This document shows, piece after piece, positions 26,500 to 35,654 of a DNA stretch of 60,036 bases. Position numbers and translations under genes: made by a program. The stretch lies in NCBI GenBank assembly GCA_966185905.1, contig CBIFVU010000001.1:1-60036 (forward strand). The letters run 5' to 3'. Within the stretch, counting starts at the first letter, position 1, and each line of letters opens with the position of its first letter. Source of the stretch: an uncultured Lysobacter sp. (lineage in GTDB: Bacteria > Pseudomonadota > Gammaproteobacteria > Xanthomonadales > Xanthomonadaceae). The notes beneath the pieces were generated by a model. That model did not search any database. It was not told the origin of the DNA and was given only the letters and a program-made list of their open reading frames with translations.

Positions 26500-29400
26500 T
26501 TATCGCGCCGCTTCCTCCTTGGATGCTGCCGCATCGACGCCGGCATCCACCCGCAATCGCGCCTTCGCCGACGGGGGCAGCTTCGCGGCGATCGCCTCGA
26601 AGACCGCCTTCGCCCTGCGCAGGCCCAGGCCAAGGTTGTAGGCGGCGGCGCCGCGCCGGTCGGCGTGGCCGATCACGCGCACCGTCACCTCGCCCTTGGC
26701 GGCCTGGGCGGCGATGTCTTGGGCGAGTTTCTCGATCAAGGCCGCGTACTCGGGCTTGATCTGCGCGCGGTCGGTATCGAACAGGATCGTGCCCAGCAGC
26801 GGCGCTTCGCCCAGCGACAGCCACAGGCTCGCCGGGTCGTCGGCGCTGGCGCGGAGGCTGACTTGCAGGCCGCGGGCCTGTTCGGGCGGCAGCTTGGCCA
26901 GCAGCGCTTCGCGCACAGCCCGGGCGCGGTCGTAGGCCAGCGCCGCCGATTCGCCGTGGGCGGCGATCACCACCTCGGCCGAGTCGCGGCCGCGTATGCG
27001 TTCGGCGGCGTGTTCGATCACCGCTGCGTACTGTTCCTGGATCTGCGCGCTGTGCGCAGGGAACATCACTTCGGCCAGCACCACGTCCACTTCCTGGACA
27101 CCGCCGTCCACGCGGCCGGGCGGCAGCTTGAGGCCGAAGTCGAAGCGCGCCGGCAGGCCCGGGGTGATGCGGCGCACCAGCGGATTGGCGGTGGTGAATT
27201 CGCTCGCCCGCGGCAGGGTGGCCGGGTCGGCCTTGAGGATGAAGTTGCGGCCCCGCTCGGAACGTCCGCCCTCGATGCCGAGCACGTGATAGCGGCCGAA
27301 CTGGTCGGTCTCCATCAGCAAGCCTTCGACCGAGGCGATGCGCACGCCCGGCACGCCGCGTTCGTCCACGCCTTCGTTCTGGATGACATAGTCCACGCGC
27401 ACGCCGTCGGCGGCTTGCGCCAGGGTCCGCTGCACGCTCGGCACGGCGGCGCTCAGGCCCTTGGCGGCATCGCCCGGGCCGCGGTCGATTCGCGTGCGGC
27501 CGGCCGGGTCCATGCGCAGGCTGAGGCCCTGCGCGGTGGTCAGCACGAAATCGTCGGTGAACTCGGGTGCGGACAAGGTCTGGCTGACCACGATGCGGTG
27601 CACCGACGCAGGCTCGGCTTCGGACGCGCGCCCGGCGATCGATCCCAGCTCCAGCCCGTGCAGCAGCGGCGCGCTGGCATCTGCGACGGGTTTCGGCCCG
27701 GCGCCGCGATCGACCGTGGTCGAACCGGGTACGTAGACGCTCGGCGCGAAACCGCCCTGCACGCGCACCTGGGTCATCGCTGCGCTGTCCTGCCAGCCGT
27801 CGCCGTCGCGATCGTCGAACACCGTGCCCATGATCAGCGATTCGTCCAGTACCGGGTCGGATACTCGGCGGACGCTGGCCGTGGCGGTGTTGGATACCCG
27901 CTGCCCGCGGTGGGTCAGTTGCGCCGTGTTGGCGTGCAGGCCACCGCGCACCCCGGCGCCGATGCGCAGGAGATAGGTCACGGTGGCGCGCCCGCCGGCG
28001 GCGATATCGATGCCTTCGACCCGGATCGGATGCTTGCCCGACAGTCGGCCCGAGGCATCCCGGTCGGCCACGGCCAGGCTGCCGTCCACCAGGGTGAAAC
28101 CGGCGGGCGGTGTGTCGACCAGGACTGCGTCGGCGATATCGGCCTTGCCCAGGTTCTCCAGGCTCAGGCGGTAGCGCACCAAGTCGCCGATCTTCGCGTC
28201 GCGCGGTGTGGCGTTCTTGACCATCCGCACCTGGGCGGGGTCGGGCTCGACTTCGATGGCCGCCACCGCGGTGGCGGTGGCCGAGCCGCCGATCGGTCCG
28301 CGCGCGTCGGCGGCGGCGCGGTTTTCCAAGCTGCCACCCGCGGAGGCTTCGGCTTCGGAAATGGTGTGGGTGTAGCGCTCGCACGCGGCCACCTCGCCCG
28401 GCGCCAGCCTGGTCGGGGCGCAGCGCAAAGCGACCGGCGCGGCATCGGCCAGGGTGTCGGTCACCGCGATCTCCGACAGCGTGACATTGCCGGTGTTGGT
28501 CACGGTCACGGTGTAGGTCACCACGTCGCCGATGTTGCCGACTCCGGGGGTGGCCTGGTCGGTGGTCAGTACCGCGGTCTTGGCGACCGCGAGCGCCGGG
28601 TTCTGTTGCACGACAAGCGTCGCCGCCGGAGCGCACTGCGCAGCGGTGGAACCTTCCGGACAGGCTTCCGGCGGCAGGCTGCCGCCGGGCGGCGGCGCGG
28701 TCGTCACCCGGGCTACGTTGACGATCTGCCCGGCGTCCATATCCGCCTGGGTCACCACATAGGCGCCGGTAAGCACGCAACTGGCCTGCACCTCCACCCG
28801 CGCGCATCCGGCCCGGGCCGGGCTGAGACGTTCGTCGGCGACGACGACGTCGAGCAGCGGCACGTTGCCGGTATTGGCGACGGTCACTGTGTAGGTCAGG
28901 GTATCGCCCCGGCTCACGCCGCCGCTGTCGTCGGCATCGTCGTTGCCGGTCTGCGCCTTGCTCGAGGACAGCGCCTGCGCCGGCGCGGTGGTCTGGGTGC
29001 GGGTGCCATCGGGCTCGCTGCTCACCGGGTCTCCGCCCGGCGGAGTGCCGCGGGCGGTGGCATGGTTGTCCACGCTGCCGGCCGCCACATCCTCGGCGCG
29101 GATCGTGTAGACCACCGGCCCGCAGTGGGCGGTGCCTCCGGCCGGCACGGTGTCCGGGACGCAGGCAATCGGGTCGGCGGAAATCTTGGGATCTTCCACG
29201 ACCACGTCGTGCAGCTCGACCTCGCCGGTGTTGCTGACTACGAAGCGGTAAGCGATGGTGTCGCCGGTGTCGGCAACGCCGTTGCCGTTGCGGTCTTCCG
29301 GCGCATCGGCGGTCTTTTCCAGCGCCAGGCGCGGCGCGGCTACCTTGACCGTCACCACCGCGGTATCGCACACCGGGGTCGGCGTGGAGGTGTCGCAGAC

Positions 29401-32400
29401 TCGGTAGGTGTAGGTGTCCGTGCCCGAGAAGCCGGGGTTGGGTGTGTAGGTGCACAGGCCGGCCGCGTCGCAAGCGACGCTGCCGTTGGCCGGGCCCTCG
29501 ACGATCTCGACCGAGGCGGGGTCCAGCGGCGCGCCGGGGCTGCTGTCGTTGTCCAGCACCGGCGTGGCGACCGGCTTGCCCGGCACCGTGCCGGCCTGAT
29601 CGTCGCTGGCCACGACCGTGTTCGGCTCCACCGTCACCGCCACCGTCGCGGTGGTGCAGTTGCTGGGGTCCTGGTTCTCGCACAGGGTGTAGGTGAACGT
29701 GTCCGTGCCGGAGAAGCCCGGCTTGGGCGTGTAGGTGAGAGTGCCGTCGTCGTTGATCCTGACCGTGCCGTTGGCCGGGGTCGTGGTCTGGGTGATGGTG
29801 ACCTCCGCCGGCGAGACCGGCTGGCCGTCGAGCGTGTCGTTGCCCAGCACCGGCAGCGTCACCGGCGTGTTCTGCGGCGTGGTGCCGCTGTCGCCGCCGG
29901 CCGCGATGTCGCTGGCTTGCACCGGCGTCGCTACGGTGTCGGCGACCGGATCGGTGTTGTCGGAATCGGCCGAGGCGGTGTTGCGCACCTCGCCCGCGTC
30001 CACGTCGGAGGCTTGCACGGTGTAGCTGCCGGACAGGGTGCAGGCCGCTCGCGGCGCCAGCGTGGCGCAGGTGGTGCTGGAGGGTGCGAGCAGCGGGTCG
30101 CTGACCACGACGTTGGCCAGGGTCGTGGTGCCGGTGTTGGTCGCTTCCACACGGTAGTCGATGGTCGAGCCGCGCTTGTAGGGGCCGGTCGAGGTCACCG
30201 TCTTGGCCACCGCCAGGCCCTGGGTCTGCTCGACCGGGGTGCTCACCGTGCCGGTCGCGGGCTCGGTCTGGTCCGAATCGGCGGTGGCGCTGTTGCGGAC
30301 TTCGCCGGCATCCACGTCCGATTGCTGCACGGTGTACTCGCCGCTCAGGGTGCAGGCCGCTTGCGGCGCCAGCGTGGCGCAGGTGGTGCTGGACGGCGTG
30401 AGCAGGGGGTCGCTGACCACGACGTTGCTCAGGGTGGTGGTGCCGGTGTTGGTGGCCGCCACGCGGTAGGCGATGGTCGAGCCGAGCGCATAGGGGCCGG
30501 CCGAGGTCACGGTCTTTTCCAGCGCCAGCCCGCGCGACTGCTCGATGGGCGTGGACACGGCATCGGTCGAACGGTCGGTCTCGACCGAATCGGTGGTGGC
30601 GGTGTTGCGCACTTCGCCAGCGTCCACGTCCGCCTGCTGCACGGTGTAGCTGCCGGTCAGGACGCACTCGGCCTGCGGCGCCAGCGTCGCGCAGCTCGTG
30701 CTCGATGGGGTGAGCAGGGCGTCGCTGACGCTCACCTCGTTCAAGGTGATGGTGCCGGTGTTGGTCGCCACCACGCGGTAGTCGATCTGCGAACCCAGCG
30801 CGTAGGGGCCGCTGGAGGTCACCGACTTGGCCACGGACAGGCCGCCGGCCTGCTCGATCGAGGTGCTGACGGTGTCGGTCGCGGAGTCGGTCTGGGTGGA
30901 GTCGGCGGTGGCGCTGTTCTGCACTTGGCCGGCGTCCACGTCCGCTTGCTGCACGGTGTAGGTGCCGGACAGGGTGCACTCGGCCTGCGGCGCCAGCGTC
31001 GCGCAAGTGGCGCTCGATGGGGTCAGCAGTGCGTCGCTGACCACGACCTCGGTCAGGGTCGTGGTGCCGGTGTTGGTCGCCACCACTCGATAGGCGATCT
31101 GCGAACCCAGAGCATACGGGCCGGTCGAGGTCACGGTCTTGTCCACCGACAGGCCGCGGGCCTGCTCGATGGGGGTGGACACGGCATCGGTCGAAGGCTC
31201 GGTCTCGGCCGAATCGGCGGTGGCGGTGTTGCGCACTTCGCCGGCGTCCACGTCCGCCTGCTGCACGGTGTAGGTTCCGCTCAGCACGCACTCTGCCTGC
31301 GGCGCCAGCGTCGCACAGCTCGTGCTGGACGGCTCCAGCAGGGGGTCGCTGACGGTGATGTCGGTGAGGGTCTGGGTGCCGGTGTTGGTCGCCGCCACCC
31401 GGTAGGCGATCTGCGAGCCCAGCCGATACGGGCCGGCCGAGGTCACGGTCTTGGCCACCGCCAGGCTGCGGGTCTGTTCGATCGGCGTGGTCGTGGTCGC
31501 GGTCGAGGGCTCGGTCTGGGCCGAATCGACCGAAGCGGTGTTGCGGACTTCGCCGGCGTCCACGTCCGCCTGCCGCACGGTGTAGCTGCCGGTCAGGGTG
31601 CATTCGGCCTGCGGGGCCAGCGTTGCGCAGGTGGCGCTCGAAGGAGTCAGCAGCGCGTCGCTGACCACGACCTCGGTCAGGGTCGTGGTGCCGGTGTTGG
31701 TGGCGGTCACGCTGTACTGGATCTGCGAGCCCAAGGCATAAGGGCCGGCCGAGGTCACCGTCTTCGCCGCGCTCAGGCCTCGGGTCTGCTCGACCGGCGT
31801 GGTCGCGGTGTCGGCGGCGGGTTCGGTCTGGTCGGAATCGGCGGTCGCAGTGTTGCGGATTTCGCCGGCGTCCACGTCGGATTGCTGCACGGTGTGGCTG
31901 CCGGTCAGGGTGCAGACCGCCTGCGGCGCCAGGGTCGCGCAGGTCGCGCTCGATGGCGTCAGCAGGGGGTCGCTGACCATGACGTTGTCCAGGGTCACCG
32001 TGCCGGTGTTGGTCGCCGCGATGCTGTACTCCACGCTCGAACCCAACGCGTAGGGCCCGGAGGAGGTCACCGTCTTGACCACTTCCAGACTGCGGGCCTG
32101 TTCGATGGGCGTGGTCACCGACGACTCCGAGGTCGCCGGATAGGTGTCGTAGACGGTGCCGCGGGCGGTGGCGGTGTTGCGGACTTCGCCCCGGTCGATG
32201 TCGGCCTGGGTCAGTGTGTAAGTCGCCGTGGCAGTGCCGGTTTCGCCGGGGGCCAGCTTCGCGGGAGTCACGCCGAGACCGGTCACGCCCAAGGTGGGGT
32301 CGTCGATGGTGATCTGGCTGATCGAGGTGGTGCCGACGTTCTCCACCAAGAAGGTGTATGTGATGGTGTCGCCAGGGTCGCTGCGCCCATTGCCGTTGGC

Positions 32401-34962
32401 GTCGGTCACTGCGCCGGCGACCTTGGTCAGGCGGATTTCGGGCCAGCCTTGCAGGAAGACACTGTCTTCGTCCTCGTCGCTGACATCGACGCCGCGGGGA
32501 TCCTTGCCGCGCGCCGTGGCGGTGTTGTGCAGCTCTCCCGCATCCACGTCGGCCTGGTTCAGAGTGTAGCTCGCCCTGGCGGTGCCCGACTCGCCCGGGC
32601 TCAGGGCCTGGGGCTCCAGCGGCAAACCGGTGACGGGAATCTTCTCGTCGTCGATGACGATGTCCGAGACGATCACGCCGCCAGTGTTGCGGACGGTGAA
32701 GGTGTAGGTGATCGTGTCGCCTTCGCTGACCCGGCCGTCGCCGTCGGTGTCGTCGTAGCCGGTGTCTTCCTTGGTCAGCGCGATCTGCGGGGTTCCCACC
32801 ACGTCGGTGGTCAGCGAATCGCTGGCGGTGACCTCGTTGCCGTCCCGATCCTGGCCGCTGGCCGAGGCGGTGTTGTCCACCTTGCCCGCATCCAGGTCGG
32901 CCTGGGTCAGCACGTAGGTGAAGGGGCCGGCGTTGCCGACTTCCTCCGGGTCCAGGTCGGACGGCGCGACCGGGGCATCGACCACGCCCAGCTTGGCATC
33001 GTCCACGGTCAGCACGCGCACCGGGGTCGGGCCCACGTTCCGGACTTCGATCATGTACTCGATGGTGTCCCCGGCGGTAATCTTGCCGTCGCCGTTGGAG
33101 TCGATGACCTCGCTGGAGGTCTTGGCGACGGCGATCTGCGCCAGGTCGTTGGTCACCGTGCAGCGGATGTCGCTGTCTTCGGCGATGGCATCGGCGCTGA
33201 TTGTCCACGACTCTCCGTTGACGGCCACCGATCCGCCGGGCGCCATGCCGGTGCAAGTCACATCGGCCAGCAACCAGCGCGTGTCGGGCATCTGTTCGGT
33301 GATGGTCGTGGCGACATTGGCCGCGTCCAGCGGTTTCACCGTGCCCGAGGTGACCGTGTTCATGCTGGTGGTGGTGATGCTGTCGCTGCCGAAGCCGTTG
33401 TTGCCGCTGTAGGAGAAGGTGCCCAGCCCGCCGCGGGAGACTTTGCGGACCAGCAGCGAGGGCAGTTCGACCACGGCGAAGTTGATCGAATCGGTCGCGC
33501 GGTCGTTGCCGGTGTTGTAGTCGTCGTTGGCCGAATCGTTGTCGCCGTCGGGACCGGAGCGGTTCAGGGTCGCGGTGACGGTTCCGGTGCCGGGGGTGAC
33601 GCTGTCGTTGGCGACGGCGGCGAAGGTGAACGACACCGACCCACCCTGGCCGCCGGGTGCGCCGGAGGCCGCCAGCGACGAGGCGATCGGGCAGTTCACC
33701 ACCTGCCCCGATACCGAGCATCCGGCGGTGGGCTGCGGCGTCCAGCCGGACGGGAGTTCGACGCTGAGGGAGAAACCGTCGGCATCGACCACATCGCCCG
33801 GGCCGACATTGGTGGCACGCACCGTGACCGGATAGGACTCGCCGATGACGGTGTAGGTATCGTCCGGCGCGTTCACCGCCACCGCGATGTCGGGGCGGCC
33901 GGCGATGTTCAAGGTGCACGAATCGTCCTGCTGGTTGGCCAGGGTCCTGCGCTGCACGCAGGTGCCCGTGGTCACGTAGGTGTTGGTGCCGATACCGGCC
34001 GGACGCTGGCTGATGGCGGCGCCGTAGCCGGCCGCGGGCAGCACATACAACTCGCTGTCGGACAGGTAGGCGGCCGGGTTGTTGTTCGCCGCCTGGGCAT
34101 ACGGCGTTTTGTTGCGGCCGTTGGTGCCCGCGCCGTTGTCGAGCAGGTTGCCGTTCTGGGTCAGGTTGGTCAGCCAGCCGCTGCCGCCCAGGGTTTTGTC
34201 CCAGGCGAAGTCGGTGAAGGTCAGGATCGAGGAATGGCGGGCCTGGACCAACTGGCCGCAATAGACATTGACGCCATCGTAGCCTTCGCCGCCGGCCTGC
34301 CGGTACAGGCCGGACACCGACCCGGTGGCCGTGAGCGGACAGAAATAGCCGCGGAAGCTGTGGCTTGCGTTGGTTTCGTTCACGCCCACCGTCTGCGTGG
34401 AAGCGCTGGCCGCGGTATCGATGGCCGCCCAGGCTTGCGCATTGGTGACCACCGGCCGGCACACCGGGACCAGACTGGAGGCCCAGGCGGGATACTGGGT
34501 GGTGGCTTGCCGGTCATAGCCGCCCATCTGCGTCACGACCTGGCCACTGGGGCAGTAGCCCGAGCGCACCGTCCCCGGATACGGATACGCATAGCCCAGC
34601 GGCGAAGGCGAGCCGTTGGCGGTCGTGTTCTGGATTTCGACCGCACCGCCGGCGGTGACCACGATCCGCGCGCAGTACAGGCCGATCTGGCTGGTCATGC
34701 CGCGCGTGCTGCCGTTGGGCGCGTTCATGGCCTTGTCGACGTGATAGATGCCGCGCATCACCGAGCCGACCGGGCACTGGATGCCGCCGACGCCGCCCTT
34801 GTTGTGGCCGATGGTGCCGGTGTAACTGCCGGCGTCCTGGAAGCCGATGCCGACCTGGCCGAGGGCGGGGGCCGACACGAGCGCGAACAGGCCTGCGCCC
34901 GCGGCGACGCCGAGCAGCGTCCTTCTGGCGCGGGACCGCAGGTCGATCAAGCTCGTATCCAC
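26500..34962 (-). CDS. Giant (2820 aa) surface adhesin-like protein: Cys-containing head, DUF11/DUF7507-type Ig repeats, cadherin-like Ig domains, SdrD-B-like domain and C-terminal OmpA-like domains
   Basis: GTG start after GGAGG; signal peptide; repeated GDTITYT..V.NTG...L..V.V.D...YT..QAD.DAG...N.ATA; GTVFDDRDGDGWQD; C-terminal FDTDRA...GHADRRG...YN..LG.RRA.AV. Confidence 0.92.
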   Translation of the reverse strand: MDTSLIDLRSRARRTLLGVAAGAGLFALVSAPALGQVGIGFQDAGSYTGTIGHNKGGVGGIQCPVGSVMRGIYHVDKAMNAPNGSTRGMTSQIGLYCARIVVTAGGAVEIQNTTANGSPSPLGYAYPYPGTVRSGYCPSGQVVTQMGGYDRQATTQYPAWASSLVPVCRPVVTNAQAWAAIDTAASASTQTVGVNETNASHSFRGYFCPLTATGSVSGLYRQAGGEGYDGVNVYCGQLVQARHSSILTFTDFAWDKTLGGSGWLTNLTQNGNLLDNGAGTNGRNKTPYAQAANNNPAAYLSDSELYVLPAAGYGAAISQRPAGIGTNTYVTTGTCVQRRTLANQQDDSCTLNIAGRPDIAVAVNAPDDTYTVIGESYPVTVRATNVGPGDVVDADGFSLSVELPSGWTPQPTAGCSVSGQVVNCPIASSLAASGAPGGQGGSVSFTFAAVANDSVTPGTGTVTATLNRSGPDGDNDSANDDYNTGNDRATDSINFAVVELPSLLVRKVSRGGLGTFSYSGNNGFGSDSITTTSMNTVTSGTVKPLDAANVATTITEQMPDTRWLLADVTCTGMAPGGSVAVNGESWTISADAIAEDSDIRCTVTNDLAQIAVAKTSSEVIDSNGDGKITAGDTIEYMIEVRNVGPTPVRVLTVDDAKLGVVDAPVAPSDLDPEEVGNAGPFTYVLTQADLDAGKVDNTASASGQDRDGNEVTASDSLTTDVVGTPQIALTKEDTGYDDTDGDGRVSEGDTITYTFTVRNTGGVIVSDIVIDDEKIPVTGLPLEPQALSPGESGTARASYTLNQADVDAGELHNTATARGKDPRGVDVSDEDEDSVFLQGWPEIRLTKVAGAVTDANGNGRSDPGDTITYTFLVENVGTTSISQITIDDPTLGVTGLGVTPAKLAPGETGTATATYTLTQADIDRGEVRNTATARGTVYDTYPATSESSVTTPIEQARSLEVVKTVTSSGPYALGSSVEYSIAATNTGTVTLDNVMVSDPLLTPSSATCATLAPQAVCTLTGSHTVQQSDVDAGEIRNTATADSDQTEPAADTATTPVEQTRGLSAAKTVTSAGPYALGSQIQYSVTATNTGTTTLTEVVVSDALLTPSSATCATLAPQAECTLTGSYTVRQADVDAGEVRNTASVDSAQTEPSTATTTTPIEQTRSLAVAKTVTSAGPYRLGSQIAYRVAATNTGTQTLTDITVSDPLLEPSSTSCATLAPQAECVLSGTYTVQQADVDAGEVRNTATADSAETEPSTDAVSTPIEQARGLSVDKTVTSTGPYALGSQIAYRVVATNTGTTTLTEVVVSDALLTPSSATCATLAPQAECTLSGTYTVQQADVDAGQVQNSATADSTQTDSATDTVSTSIEQAGGLSVAKSVTSSGPYALGSQIDYRVVATNTGTITLNEVSVSDALLTPSSTSCATLAPQAECVLTGSYTVQQADVDAGEVRNTATTDSVETDRSTDAVSTPIEQSRGLALEKTVTSAGPYALGSTIAYRVAATNTGTTTLSNVVVSDPLLTPSSTTCATLAPQAACTLSGEYTVQQSDVDAGEVRNSATADSDQTEPATGTVSTPVEQTQGLAVAKTVTSTGPYKRGSTIDYRVEATNTGTTTLANVVVSDPLLAPSSTTCATLAPRAACTLSGSYTVQASDVDAGEVRNTASADSDNTDPVADTVATPVQASDIAAGGDSGTTPQNTPVTLPVLGNDTLDGQPVSPAEVTITQTTTPANGTVRINDDGTLTYTPKPGFSGTDTFTYTLCENQDPSNCTTATVAVTVEPNTVVASDDQAGTVPGKPVATPVLDNDSSPGAPLDPASVEIVEGPANGSVACDAAGLCTYTPNPGFSGTDTYTYRVCDTSTPTPVCDTAVVTVKVAAPRLALEKTADAPEDRNGNGVADTGDTIAYRFVVSNTGEVELHDVVVEDPKISADPIACVPDTVPAGGTAHCGPVVYTIRAEDVAAGSVDNHATARGTPPGGDPVSSEPDGTRTQTTAPAQALSSSKAQTGNDDADDSGGVSRGDTLTYTVTVANTGNVPLLDVVVADERLSPARAGCARVEVQASCVLTGAYVVTQADMDAGQIVNVARVTTAPPPGGSLPPEACPEGSTAAQCAPAATLVVQQNPALAVAKTAVLTTDQATPGVGNIGDVVTYTVTVTNTGNVTLSEIAVTDTLADAAPVALRCAPTRLAPGEVAACERYTHTISEAEASAGGSLENRAAADARGPIGGSATATAVAAIEVEPDPAQVRMVKNATPRDAKIGDLVRYRLSLENLGKADIADAVLVDTPPAGFTLVDGSLAVADRDASGRLSGKHPIRVEGIDIAAGGRATVTYLLRIGAGVRGGLHANTAQLTHRGQRVSNTATASVRRVSDPVLDESLIMGTVFDDRDGDGWQDSAAMTQVRVQGGFAPSVYVPGSTTVDRGAGPKPVADASAPLLHGLELGSIAGRASEAEPASVHRIVVSQTLSAPEFTDDFVLTTAQGLSLRMDPAGRTRIDRGPGDAAKGLSAAVPSVQRTLAQAADGVRVDYVIQNEGVDERGVPGVRIASVEGLLMETDQFGRYHVLGIEGGRSERGRNFILKADPATLPRASEFTTANPLVRRITPGLPARFDFGLKLPPGRVDGGVQEVDVVLAEVMFPAHSAQIQEQYAAVIEHAAERIRGRDSAEVVIAAHGESAALAYDRARAVREALLAKLPPEQARGLQVSLRASADDPASLWLSLGEAPLLGTILFDTDRAQIKPEYAALIEKLAQDIAAQAAKGEVTVRVIGHADRRGAAAYNLGLGLRRAKAVFEAIAAKLPPSAKARLRVDAGVDAAASKEEAAR
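29930..32110 (-). repeat. Seven highly similar 312-bp (104-aa) tandem coding repeats
   Basis: The cacgtc anchor recurs at 30001, 30313, 30625, 30937, 31249, 31561 and 31873. Confidence 0.92.
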
Positions 34963-35654
34963 ACTGCCTCCATCGCGCCGTTCGAGGCGCGGGTTGCGGA
35001 TCAGTCGCTCGCTAAGGAACGGACAGCCGGAGCGGCGCGCGCTCCTTCGCCGACGCGCGGGCGAGGCGGATGCCAGTGCGTGGGTTGGACGAGAGGCCGG
35101 CACTGCGGGAGGCTGGACCAGGCACCGGACGAGGCGCTCTGTGCGCGCGGTGCGGCCCGGCTGGCGCGGACGGGGCCGGGGCGGGAGCCTTGCCCGGTGG
35201 CGACCGCAGGGCGCTCATGCGGAGGCTCGTTCGTTGCCCTGCCCGGCCCCGGCGCGGCAGCGTCGATTCCAGGCCGACCGATGGCAGCTGCGCTGTAACT
35301 GGCCTGAATCGTTCGCATCGATCAGTCGCGCGATTCGATGTATTGAACAGGTTTCAGCCTTAAAAATAGGCGGGTAAAAGTCAAACCTATAATTTCGATA
35401 TCAGTAATCTAATAAACAGATGAATCCCGGGGGCTCATCGACCGGGATCGGGCAACGTCCGCCAGGCACTGGCGCACGCGTCCCGTAGCAACGGTGCAAG
35501 CCGGGATCTCGCGGAGTTCCAACATCGCGACGAGCAGAGCGCAGCGGCGAGGCGCGGCTGTCCAATCGCGGATTGCGCCGCTGCTGCGGGGGCCGGCGAC
35601 CAATTGCGCGCGAGGCCGGCCGCGGACGCGGGGTCCGCGGCCGGCCGTGGTTCA

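Noticed and set aside
29930-32110. Regular repeats as a CRISPR array
   Set aside because: They are 312-bp in-frame coding repeats with no unique spacers, and no cas genes are present.
25811-35298. 2883-aa (-) and 2966-aa (+) ORFs
   Set aside because: Alternative-frame and antisense shadows of the DUF11/OmpA gene; only the tail of the 2883-aa frame carries the N-terminus of the 26221 pseudogene.
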